A stretch of DNA of 64,000 nucleotides from Brevibacterium luteolum (GTDB lineage Bacteria > Actinomycetota > Actinomycetes > Actinomycetales > Brevibacteriaceae). Location: positions 1 through 64,000 of the forward strand of contig NZ_JABEMC010000004.1 in NCBI RefSeq assembly GCF_013004595.1, written 5' to 3'. This document shows, piece after piece, positions 34,738 through 43,638 of the stretch. The notes under the pieces were generated by a model, which saw nothing but the letters and a program-made list of their open reading frames with translations, was not told where the DNA came from and searched no databases. Each line of letters starts with the position of its first letter. Positions within the stretch are counted from its first letter, which is position 1. A program made the position numbers and the translations under genes.

Positions 34738-34825
34738 TGTCGTCTGCACACGAGTGTACCCCCTCGGCCGGTACCGGACACCGCCTGGGTGGTGCGCCCG
34801 GCAAGCTGTGATTAGACTCTCACCA

Positions 34826-35989
34826 ATGCGCGATGCACTCGAGCGCCCCGAGCCCGGCCCCACTGCGCCGGGCTCATACGCCCTTCGTGAGGAGAACCGC
34901 GTGAGTTCCGCATCATCACACGCACAGCTGCCCGCCCTCGACCTCGACGTACACACCGCTGGCCTGCCTGCCGAGGTGTCGTTCGCCACCGCGACCTACC
35001 CCACCGCCGATGGCGAGCACACCTGCGGCTATCTGCACGCAGGCAGCCAGGCCGATCCGCTCATCGTGTTCCTGCACGGCTGGCCGGAGCTCGGACGCTC
35101 GTTCGCCGGCTTGCTGCCGCGCATCGCGGCCGAGGGCTATTTCGCGGTTGCTCCCGATATGCGCGGCTACGGCGCCTCGACGGTGTACGCGGACACCTCG
35201 GCGTACGCGATCGAGAATGCGGTGGCCGATGTGCGCGGACTCATCAGCGCGCTCAAGCCCGGTGAGCACGCCGAGGCGATCGTCGTCGGCCACGACTACG
35301 GCGCCCCGGTCGCATGGTCGTTCGCTGCTGCGCACCCGGAGATGTGCAGGGCGGTGGCCGGGATGTGCGTGCCGCATCTGCCGGCAGGTGCGTCGATGAC
35401 TGCGCATGTCAACCGGTCGATGTACCCGGAGGACACGTTCCCCTACGGCCAGTGGGACTACATGGTCGCCCACCAGCAGATGCCGGAGAAGCTCGCCGCG
35501 GAGTTCGATGCTGATGTGCCCGGTTTCATCGCCACGATCATGCGCCGGGGCAATCCGGAGCAGATGACCAAGCCTGCCCTGCAGGCCAAGATCCGGTCCC
35601 GAGGCGGTTGGTTCCCTGACGGCGTGCCGTTCCGGGAGCGGGATGGCCGGGTGCTCAGCGCCGAAGACTACGATGCGCTCGTCGCCTCGCTCTCGCGCAC
35701 CGGATTCGCCTACCCGAATGCCTGGTACCGCAATGTCGAGGCCAACGCCGCGTTCACCGAGAGCCTGCCCGGCGGTGGGCGGATCCCCCAGCCGGCGCTG
35801 TTCGTCCACGCCCGCTACGACCAGGTGTGCGACACCCTCGGGTCCACGATGGCCGAGCCGATGCGCGAGGCGGTCCCCCAGCTGACCGAGCGCATCATCG
35901 AAGCGGGTCACTGGGTGGTGCAGGAGAAGCCAATCCACACCACCGAAGTGCTCACCGACTGGCTCAGCTCCGTCCGCCAGGAAGGCTGA
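34826..35989 (+). CDS. Alpha/beta-fold hydrolase, epoxide hydrolase family; start at ATG 34826 or GTG 34901
   Basis: FLHGWPE, APDMRGYG, nucleophile elbow VGHDYGA, Tyr residues in WDY and WYR, AGHWVVQE. Confidence 0.9.
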   Translation: MRDALERPEPGPTAPGSYALREENRVSSASSHAQLPALDLDVHTAGLPAEVSFATATYPTADGEHTCGYLHAGSQADPLIVFLHGWPELGRSFAGLLPRIAAEGYFAVAPDMRGYGASTVYADTSAYAIENAVADVRGLISALKPGEHAEAIVVGHDYGAPVAWSFAAAHPEMCRAVAGMCVPHLPAGASMTAHVNRSMYPEDTFPYGQWDYMVAHQQMPEKLAAEFDADVPGFIATIMRRGNPEQMTKPALQAKIRSRGGWFPDGVPFRERDGRVLSAEDYDALVASLSRTGFAYPNAWYRNVEANAAFTESLPGGGRIPQPALFVHARYDQVCDTLGSTMAEPMREAVPQLTERIIEAGHWVVQEKPIHTTEVLTDWLSSVRQEG

Positions 35990-36009
35990 AGCGCTCAGAA
36001 GCGCAACGT

Positions 36010-36047
36010 GAAGCCCCGGTCACCGAGCTGTCGGTGACCGGGGCTTC
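36010..36047. terminator. Hairpin between convergent hydrolase and nusB
   Basis: Perfect 17-bp stem GAAGCCCCGGTCACCGA-gctg-TCGGTGACCGGGGCTTC. Confidence 0.85.
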
Positions 36048-36075
36048 GTCGTTGTTGCAGATCGCGCTTGCGCTG

Positions 36076-36624
36076 TCAGGCAGACGGTTCGGAGTCGTCT
36101 GCCTCGGGCGAGTCGTCGCTGGAGCCTTGAGCAGCGGATGCGTCGTCGACAAGCGTGAGCGTCGACCCGCTCGGCACGTTGGAAGCGGTTGCCTTGGGGG
36201 CAGCCACAGCCGGCTGTGCCTCACCGGTCCGCCGTTTGCGGCTGACCGCGTCGAGCACGGCGTTGATGAAGGCCGGGGATTCGTCACGGGAGTACACACG
36301 ACTGAGCGCGACGGCTTCGGAGATCGCAACGGGATCGTCGATGTCGTCGTTGTGCATGATCTCCCAGATGCCCATGCGCAGCAGCGCCCGATCGACAGCC
36401 GGCATGCGTGAGACCGGCCAGTCGGTGACGAACTCCTCGATGAGCCCGTCGATCTCGTCGCGGTGGTCGACGACACCGGTGACGATCTCGACGGCGTAGG
36501 GTTTCATCGGGTAGTCCGGATCGCCCGAGCGCATGCGGATGAGCTCGGGTTCCGGCAGGCGGCGCTGCTCAGACTCGAAGAGCAGTTCGAGGGCGCGCTT
36601 GCGCGCGCGGCTGCGGGAGCTCAC
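36076..36624 (-). CDS. nusB: Transcription antitermination factor NusB
   Basis: [34 protein letters not shown]; follows efp. Confidence 0.93.
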   Translation of the reverse strand: MSSRSRARKRALELLFESEQRRLPEPELIRMRSGDPDYPMKPYAVEIVTGVVDHRDEIDGLIEEFVTDWPVSRMPAVDRALLRMGIWEIMHNDDIDDPVAISEAVALSRVYSRDESPAFINAVLDAVSRKRRTGEAQPAVAAPKATASNVPSGSTLTLVDDASAAQGSSDDSPEADDSEPSA

Positions 36625-37184
36625 TCCTTGACGCGGCCGAGGTATTCGCCCGAGCGGGTGTCGACCTTGACCTTGGTGCCCTCTTCGAGGAACAGCGGCA
36701 CCTGGATCTCGTATCCGGTCTCGACGGTTGCCGGCTTCGAACCGCCGGTCGAGCGGTCGCCCTGCAGTCCGGGTTCGGTGTGGGTGATGGCCAGCTCGAC
36801 GCTCGGCGGCAGCTCGATGTATAGGGCTGCACCGTCGTGGAAGGCCACCTGGACCTTCTGGTTCTCGAGCATGAAGTTCGCGGAGTCACCGACGAGTTCG
36901 GGGGCGAGGGAGACCTGGTCGTAGTCCTCCAGGTCCATGAAGACGTAGTCGGTGCCGTCGTTGTAGAGGTATTCCATGTCGCGGCGGTCGACGTTGGCGG
37001 TCTCGACCTTGGTGCCGGCGTTGAACGTCTTGTCGATGATCTTGCCGGAGGTGACGTTCTTGAGCTTCGTGCGCACGAAAGCCGGTCCCTTGCCGGGCTT
37101 GACGTGGAGGAACTCAAGCACCTGCCACAGCTGGTTCTCGATCTTGAGGACCATGCCGTTCTTCAAGTCGTTGGTCGTTGCCAA
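36621..37184 (-). CDS. efp: Elongation factor P (TTG start)
   Basis: [36 protein letters not shown]. Confidence 0.97.
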   Translation of the reverse strand: MATTNDLKNGMVLKIENQLWQVLEFLHVKPGKGPAFVRTKLKNVTSGKIIDKTFNAGTKVETANVDRRDMEYLYNDGTDYVFMDLEDYDQVSLAPELVGDSANFMLENQKVQVAFHDGAALYIELPPSVELAITHTEPGLQGDRSTGGSKPATVETGYEIQVPLFLEEGTKVKVDTRSGEYLGRVKE

Positions 37185-37268
37185 TGCAAATCCTTCGCAG
37201 TCGATAACGGCGGCGCCGTTCGCGGCGCACCAGGGGTCAAGTGTAGCAAGGCCTTTCGGCCTGTCAGG

Positions 37269-38372
37269 TCAGCTCAGCCGGGTGACCGGCGATTCGGTGC
37301 CGATCGCCTGGTAGGCGGTGTAGAGCAGGCTGGTGTCGGCGGCTTCGAGGACGCCGGGGCTGGCCAGGTCGTCGAGGACGATGAAGCGCATGAGGCTTCC
37401 GCGGGCCTTCTTGTCCCGGCGCATCGTCTCCAGCAGCTGCGGCCATTTGTCGCCGCGGTAGCCGGTCGGCAGGCCGAGGTGCTCGAGCACGCTGCGGTGC
37501 CTGTCGACGACCGCAGCGTCGAGGTTGCGGGTCATCGCCGAGAGTTCGGCGGCGAACATCATGCCGACGGCTACGGCCGCTCCGTGGCGCCACTGGTAGC
37601 GTTCGGTGCGTTCGATCGCGTGCCCGAGGGTGTGACCGTAGTTGAGGAACTCGCGGCGGCCGGATTCCTTGAAGTCATCGGAGACGACGTCGGCTTTGAC
37701 CTGGATGGAGCGTTCGATGATCTCACGCAGCTGCGGCGAGGTGTGGTCTGCCAGCTGCTCCCGAGGTGTCGATTCGATGATGTTAAGGATCGCCGGGTCG
37801 GCGATGAAGCCGCATTTGACCGCCTCAGCCAGGCCGGTGAACAGCTCGTTCTCCGGCAGAGTGGCCAGCGTGTCGGTATCGGCGAGGACACCGGCTGGGG
37901 CGTGGAAGGCGCCGACGAGGTTCTTGCCCTCGGCGGTGTTGATGCCGGTCTTGCCGCCGATCGCGGCATCGACCATGCCGAGCACCGTGGTCGGGATGGT
38001 CACGAAGCGGATGCCGCGCAGCCAGGTGGCGGCGACGAAGCCGGCGAGGTCGGTCACCGCTCCCCCGCCGACGGCAACGATCGCATCCGTACGGGTGAAG
38101 TCGGCCTGCCCGAGGACCTGCCAGCAGAAGCTGGCGACCTGGATGTGCTTGGCCTCCTCGGCATCGGGGATCTCAGCCGACAGCGCCTCGAAGCCGGCAG
38201 CGCCGAGGTCCTCGCGGACGAGTTCACCGGTGGTGCGCAGCGCCCGCGGATGGATGACGAGCACTTTGCTCACGCGTGAGCCGAGCAGCTCAGGCAGGGT
38301 GCCGAGCAGTCCTGAGCCGACGTGGACGCTGTAGTTCCCGCCGCCGGTCACGTCGATGCGCGTGGAACTCAC
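37269..38372 (-). CDS. aroB: 3-dehydroquinate synthase
   Basis: GGGAVTDLAGFVAA, VDAAIGGKTGIN, LNYGHTLGHAIE, RDKK. Confidence 0.96.
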   Translation of the reverse strand: MSSTRIDVTGGGNYSVHVGSGLLGTLPELLGSRVSKVLVIHPRALRTTGELVREDLGAAGFEALSAEIPDAEEAKHIQVASFCWQVLGQADFTRTDAIVAVGGGAVTDLAGFVAATWLRGIRFVTIPTTVLGMVDAAIGGKTGINTAEGKNLVGAFHAPAGVLADTDTLATLPENELFTGLAEAVKCGFIADPAILNIIESTPREQLADHTSPQLREIIERSIQVKADVVSDDFKESGRREFLNYGHTLGHAIERTERYQWRHGAAVAVGMMFAAELSAMTRNLDAAVVDRHRSVLEHLGLPTGYRGDKWPQLLETMRRDKKARGSLMRFIVLDDLASPGVLEAADTSLLYTAYQAIGTESPVTRLS

Positions 38373-39088
38373 GCCTCATCACTTCCTTCTGTGTCGTCTG
38401 CGTCTGTGTCGTCTGCGACGGTGCGCTGGCCGTCCTCAGCGTACCCGCCATCGGCGTGTGCTGCTTGGGCCTCGCCCTCGGCGGCGAACTTCGCGTAGTT
38501 CTCTGCCCGCTGCAGGCCGGTGAGCACGTCGACGACTCGGTTGACGACCGTCGAGGGCGGGTCGTTGGACGCCGAGACGGTCGCGGTGGCCACGGACTCG
38601 TAGAGCGGCCGGCGCTCCTCGGCCAGGGCCTTCCAGCGTTCGACCGGGTCCTCGTCGGCCAGCAGCGGCCGGTGGGAGCCGTGCAGCCGGGCAGAGGCGG
38701 TCTCCTCGTCGATCTCGATGCTCATGACCTTGATCGCCGGGTGCTTCAGCTGGGCCCGCGTGCCGGAGTTGAGGATCGCGCCGCCACCGAGTGAGACGAC
38801 CCCGGGCCGATCGAGCAGCCGGCGCAGGGCGCGGCGGACGGCCTCGCGTTCGAACTCCCGGAAGCGGGCTTCCCCGCGAGTGCGGAAGATCTCAGCGATC
38901 GGCCCGTGGGCGGACACGATCATCGCGTCGGTGTCACTGAACGGAATCCCGAGGCGGTCACCGAGCAAACGGCCGATCGTCGACTTTCCTGCCGCCGGCG
39001 GTCCGATGAGCACGATCCGGGCAGTGGCCGCCGGCACCGGGTCGAGCGGCGGAGCCGGGCGCGGGACGGGCAGGTCCGGCGCGTTCAC
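38369..39088 (-). CDS. aroK: Shikimate kinase
   Basis: [33 protein letters not shown]. Confidence 0.93.
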   Translation of the reverse strand: MNAPDLPVPRPAPPLDPVPAATARIVLIGPPAAGKSTIGRLLGDRLGIPFSDTDAMIVSAHGPIAEIFRTRGEARFREFEREAVRRALRRLLDRPGVVSLGGGAILNSGTRAQLKHPAIKVMSIEIDEETASARLHGSHRPLLADEDPVERWKALAEERRPLYESVATATVSASNDPPSTVVNRVVDVLTGLQRAENYAKFAAEGEAQAAHADGGYAEDGQRTVADDTDADDTEGSDEA

Positions 39089-40278
39089 GAGTGTGAGCGC
39101 AGCGTATCCGGAATCGCGGCGAGGTAGGAGTCGAGGTTGCGCTTGACCTCGGCCAGGGAGTCCCCGCCGAACTTCTCGCAGACGGCCTCGGCCACGACCA
39201 GGGCGACCATCGCCTCGGCGACGACACCGGCAGCTGGCACGGCGCAGACGTCAGAGCGCTGGTGGTGGGCCCGGGCGGCCTCACCGGTGGTGACGTCGAT
39301 GGTGTCCAGTGCCCGCGGGACGGTGGCGATGGGCTTCATCGCCGCGCGCACGCGCAGGCTCTCACCGGTCGACATGCCGCCTTCAGTGCCACCGGCGCGG
39401 TTGCTGCGGCGGGTGATGCGGCCCTCAGCGGACTCGATCTCGTCGTGGGCGGCCGAACCGCGGCGGGCGGCGGTGCGGAATCCGTCGCCGACCTCGACAC
39501 CCTTGATCGCCTGGATGCCCATGAGGGCTCCGGCCAGCCGGGAGTCGAGCCTGCGGTCCCAGTGGACATGGGAGCCGAGCCCTGGAGGCACGCCGTCGAC
39601 GATGACTTCGACGACGCCGCCGAGGGTGTCGCCGGACTTCTTGGCATCCTCGACCTCGGCGACCATGCGCGCGGACAGCTCAGCGTCGAAGCAACGCAGC
39701 GGGTCGGCATCGAGAGCCGGCACGTCGTCGATGGTCGGCAGAGCTTCCTCACCAGAGCCGGCGACCGGGCCGATGGCCACGGTGTGGGAGAGCACGGTGA
39801 TGCCGAGTTCGGCGAGCATGCGGGCAGCGACGGCGCCGAGCGCGACGCGCATAGCGGTCTCGCGAGCAGAGGCGCGTTCGAGGATCGGACGGGCCTCGTC
39901 GAAGCCGTACTTCTGCATGCCCACCAGGTCAGCGTGACCGGGGCGGGGGCGTGAGAGCGGGGCGTTGCGGGCCTGGTCGGCGAGCACCTCGGGATCAACC
40001 GGATCGGCGCTCATGACGGTTTCCCACTTGGGCCATTCGGTGTTGCCGACTTCGATGGCGATCGGCGAGCCCAGCGTGGAGCCGTGGCGGACACCACCGA
40101 GGATGCGCACCTCATCGGCTTCGAACTTCATGCGGGCGCCGCGTCCGTAGCCGAGCCGGCGCCGCGCCAATGCCTGGGAAATATCGTCGCGAGTGACGGG
40201 AACATGCGCCGGGATCCCCTCCAGAATCCCGACAAGTGCCTCACCGTGTGACTCGCCTGCAGTCAGCCATCTCAACAT
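39085..40278 (-). CDS. aroC: Chorismate synthase
   Basis: [35 protein letters not shown]. Confidence 0.97.
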   Translation of the reverse strand: MLRWLTAGESHGEALVGILEGIPAHVPVTRDDISQALARRRLGYGRGARMKFEADEVRILGGVRHGSTLGSPIAIEVGNTEWPKWETVMSADPVDPEVLADQARNAPLSRPRPGHADLVGMQKYGFDEARPILERASARETAMRVALGAVAARMLAELGITVLSHTVAIGPVAGSGEEALPTIDDVPALDADPLRCFDAELSARMVAEVEDAKKSGDTLGGVVEVIVDGVPPGLGSHVHWDRRLDSRLAGALMGIQAIKGVEVGDGFRTAARRGSAAHDEIESAEGRITRRSNRAGGTEGGMSTGESLRVRAAMKPIATVPRALDTIDVTTGEAARAHHQRSDVCAVPAAGVVAEAMVALVVAEAVCEKFGGDSLAEVKRNLDSYLAAIPDTLRSHS

Positions 40279-40288
40279 TCAACCCATC

Positions 40289-41059
40289 CTACAAAAAGAC
40301 CGCACCGACCAGGACAGTCGTCCACGTACCGATCAGCATGTACGGCCCGAAAGCGATCTTCGATGCCCACTGCCGGCGCTTGGTGGCGAGCAGGATGAGC
40401 ACGTGGACGACGGCGATGCCGTTGATGAGCAGCAGCGCCAGGATCGGGCCGCTCGGGCTCAGGGCAGTGGTGAGCAGGCCGACGCTGACGGAGAGCTTGA
40501 CGTCGCCCATGCCCATCGTCGAGCGGCGCATGAGGGTGCCGCCGACGTTGAGGATGACGAAGAAGATGAGCATGGCCAGTGCGCCGATGAGCCCGTTGAG
40601 GGCAGGTGTTCCGGCACCGGCCCACAGGTGGACGTCGCTGCGGTCGGCCTGCCCGACGCCCATGATGAGCGAGATGAGGAACAGCGCCAGGGACAGCACG
40701 GTGATCGGCATGACGATCCGGTTGGGCAGCCGGTGGATCGAGATGTCGATCCAGAACAGCCAGCCGGTGGCACCGGCGACCATTGCAAAGGCGATCATGA
40801 GCGGCACATCGGCCAGGGTGCGTGACAGAGAGCCGGGAACGATGAAAGCGGCCAGCCAGGAGAGGACGAGGCCCACGCTGGAGAGCACGAAGGTGACGAG
40901 CCCGCCGGGCCGATTGATGCTGTTGACCCCGCGCAGCAGCCGGATGCCTGCCTCGTCGTTGATGATCCATGGGAACCGCAGCCAGATGAGAAGGCTGGTG
41001 AGCAGGGCAACGCCCACGGTGATGGTGAGGCTGGAGACAAGCGACAGCTGCTCGATCAT
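40289..41059 (-). CDS. A24 prepilin-peptidase-like membrane aspartic protease
   Basis: Multi-TM protein with WIDISIHRLPN and GMGDVKL Asp motifs and C-terminal IAFGPYM. Confidence 0.85.
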   Translation of the reverse strand: MIEQLSLVSSLTITVGVALLTSLLIWLRFPWIINDEAGIRLLRGVNSINRPGGLVTFVLSSVGLVLSWLAAFIVPGSLSRTLADVPLMIAFAMVAGATGWLFWIDISIHRLPNRIVMPITVLSLALFLISLIMGVGQADRSDVHLWAGAGTPALNGLIGALAMLIFFVILNVGGTLMRRSTMGMGDVKLSVSVGLLTTALSPSGPILALLLINGIAVVHVLILLATKRRQWASKIAFGPYMLIGTWTTVLVGAVFL

Positions 41060-41937
41060 CGGCGGTCTCCTTTCGCGGTGTGCGCGGTTCTCAGGGCTTC
41101 GGTCATGGCAGCGGCCAGGCGCGGCCGCCAGGTCTGGGGTGGCGCGTCGACGCCGGCGGCTGCGGCGAAGAGCAGCTGCTGTTCGACGGCCTGGTGGATG
41201 AGCATCCGCTCCCCGGCGATCGCCTGTCCGCCGTGGGCGGCGATGTCGGCGCCGACGCTGTAGCCGCCTGCCGCATAGGCGACGTCGAGGAGCACGGTGG
41301 CCGCGTCGACGCTGTCCGGCCAGCTGAAGGACTCAGGACTCAGCGCACCGGCCGGCAGCGTGGAGACGGTCAGCGGGCATTGACCCGGCTGATAGTCGGC
41401 CAGCGGGTGGATGGCTGCCTGCATGCCGAGGCGGGAGGCGAAATCGGCTGCTCCCCTGGCTCGTTCCGGCCTGCGCGCGTAGAGGTCGAGTGCGGCGACG
41501 CCGAGGCGGTGGAGTGCGGCCACAGCCGAGGCGGCGGTCGCCCCGCTGCCGAGGATCGCAGCGGTGTCGGTGGCTGCGGGCTGGCATTCGGCGATCGCCT
41601 CGACGATGCCGATGACGTCGGTGTTGGCGATCCGCTGCCCGTCAGGATGCCGGATGAGGGTGTTGGCGGCACCGGTCTGGGCAGCGGTCTCATCGCTGTG
41701 CCAGCTGCGGTCGGCGGCAAGGCCGACGAGCTCGGTCTTGAGCGGCATCGTCAGTGAGAATCCGGTGTGCTCCGGGTGTTCAGCGAGGAAGGCTGCGAGC
41801 TGGTCTTCGGTGACTTCGAAGCGGCCGTAGCTGCTCGCCTCGGCGATGCCGAGTGCGCGGTAGCCTGCGGTGTGGAGCACCGGTGAGAGGCTGTGGGCGA
41901 TCGGCGAGCCGAGCACGGCGGCGGTGATCCCGGTCAT
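41056..41937 (-). CDS. aroE: Shikimate dehydrogenase
   Basis: GSPIAHSLSPVLH, SLTMPLK, NTDVIG, GSGATA, MLIHQA. Confidence 0.94.
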   Translation of the reverse strand: MTGITAAVLGSPIAHSLSPVLHTAGYRALGIAEASSYGRFEVTEDQLAAFLAEHPEHTGFSLTMPLKTELVGLAADRSWHSDETAAQTGAANTLIRHPDGQRIANTDVIGIVEAIAECQPAATDTAAILGSGATAASAVAALHRLGVAALDLYARRPERARGAADFASRLGMQAAIHPLADYQPGQCPLTVSTLPAGALSPESFSWPDSVDAATVLLDVAYAAGGYSVGADIAAHGGQAIAGERMLIHQAVEQQLLFAAAAGVDAPPQTWRPRLAAAMTEALRTAHTAKGDRR

Positions 41938-42011
41938 CAGGTTCTCCTCTCCTGGCGGTGGTCTCCCACCTCACAACATCATCTCAGCCTGTGCTTGGCC
42001 TGGGTTCGACC

Positions 42012-43160
42012 TCAGCCCTCGCCTCCGGCGTCGTCACTGGGGTTGTTCTTGCGGTGCTCGCGCAGCCAGACGCGGTACTCTTCGACGTTCTTCTGGTGGT
42101 CGGCGTACGTCTCGGCGTACTTCGTCTCACCGGTGTCGGGGTTGACGGCGACGAAGAACAGCCAGTTGCCGTCGGCGGGGTTCTGCGCGGCTTCGACTGC
42201 TTCGGCACTCGGTGAGTTGATCGGTCCCGGCGGCAGTCCGGTGTGCTTGTAGGTGTTGTAGGGGTTGTCGGATTCGCGCTCCTCCTGCGTGGTGGTCAGG
42301 TCGGAGCGCGCGCCGTGGATGTAGCTGACGGTCGCGTCGGACTGCAGCGCCTGGTCCTTGTCGATGCGGTTGAGGAACACGCGGGCGACCTTGGCCCGGT
42401 CTTCGGGGTTGCCGGGGGCTTCGACCTGCACGATGCTCGCCAGGGTGAAGACCTCATTGACCTTCTCCGCAGGGATGCCGATCTCGTCGATCTCCGCTTT
42501 GGTCTTGTCGACCATCTCCTGGACCATCTGCTCGGCGGTCATCTTCGGCTTGATCTCATAGGTCGCCGGGTACAGATAGCCTTCGAGGTTGGGAGCCTCG
42601 ATGTCGAGTCCGTAGTCGGCTGGCTTCTTGTCGTCGATCGCCTCGTTGATCGAGGACTCGTCCATGCCGGAGTCGAGCATCCGGCCCTTGATCTGCTTGA
42701 TGCTGAAGCCCTCGGGGATGGCCAGGCGCTGGTTGACCAGCGGGTCGATGAGCGCTTCGACGGCGGCTGCGGAGCTCATCTGCTTACGCATCGTGAAGTC
42801 CCCGGCCTGGATGACGGCGTCGCGCTTCTCGATCTCGTCGAGGAAGGGCTTCGAGGACATGATGACGTCCTGTTCGACGAGGTGGTTGGCGACCTCGCGG
42901 GCGGAGCTGCCGGGCATGACCGTGATGACGATCTCGTCTGTGCCCTCACCTTCGTAATCGCCTTTCTCGGCGAAGATCTCCGAGACCACTCCAGTAGCGG
43001 TGGAGAAGGCGACGGCGCCGACGACGCCGAGAACGAGGACACAGGCGGTGAGGATAGTGACGGTGCGCCTGCGGCGCATCATCTGCCGGCGGCGTTTGGC
43101 GCGCAGTTCCTGACGGGAGAGACCGTCATCGGTTGCGTCGAACTCCTCGGACAGGTTCAC
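42012..43160 (-). CDS. mltG: Endolytic transglycosylase MltG
   Basis: N-terminal TM helix, LEGYLYPATY, ASIVQVEA, LQSDATV, PYNTY...GLPPGPINSP. Confidence 0.93.
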   Translation of the reverse strand: MNLSEEFDATDDGLSRQELRAKRRRQMMRRRRTVTILTACVLVLGVVGAVAFSTATGVVSEIFAEKGDYEGEGTDEIVITVMPGSSAREVANHLVEQDVIMSSKPFLDEIEKRDAVIQAGDFTMRKQMSSAAAVEALIDPLVNQRLAIPEGFSIKQIKGRMLDSGMDESSINEAIDDKKPADYGLDIEAPNLEGYLYPATYEIKPKMTAEQMVQEMVDKTKAEIDEIGIPAEKVNEVFTLASIVQVEAPGNPEDRAKVARVFLNRIDKDQALQSDATVSYIHGARSDLTTTQEERESDNPYNTYKHTGLPPGPINSPSAEAVEAAQNPADGNWLFFVAVNPDTGETKYAETYADHQKNVEEYRVWLREHRKNNPSDDAGGEG

Positions 43161-43161
43161 C

Positions 43162-43638
43162 TCAGGGCTCCTCGGTCGTGTCGATGGGGCTGCCGGCGGG
43201 CTGGCCGGTACGCTTCTCCTGATCGATCGCCGCCTGCAGGATCATCACCGCTGCAACAGAATCGACGATCTCGCGTCTCTGGCGCGAGCTTCTGCCAGCT
43301 GACTGTAACACGCCGTGTGCCTGGGTTGTGGTGAATCGCTCATCGACTTCGCGGACCGGAATGTCGGTCTGACCTGCAAGGACCCGTGCGAAGCAGCGGG
43401 CGGCCTCGGCTGAGGCGCGCTGCTGGCCGTCGAGTGAGGTCGGCAGTCCGGTGATGATCTCGATCGGCTCGTGCTCGGCGATGAGCGCATGCATCTCGGT
43501 GAGCGCGCGCTCATCGCCGTCGCGCCGGTACACGGTGGTCAGCGGCGTGGCGAGGATCCCGTCGGGATCGCACTGGGCCACGCCGATGCGCACCGAGCCG
43601 ATGTCGAGGGCGAGCCTGCGGCCGCGGCGGAACGCCAC
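43162..43638 (-). CDS. ruvX: RuvX/YqgF resolvase-like nuclease
   Basis: LALDIGSVRIGVA, GLP, VDERFTT, VDSVAAVMILQ. Confidence 0.93.
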   Translation of the reverse strand: MAFRRGRRLALDIGSVRIGVAQCDPDGILATPLTTVYRRDGDERALTEMHALIAEHEPIEIITGLPTSLDGQQRASAEAARCFARVLAGQTDIPVREVDERFTTTQAHGVLQSAGRSSRQRREIVDSVAAVMILQAAIDQEKRTGQPAGSPIDTTEEP

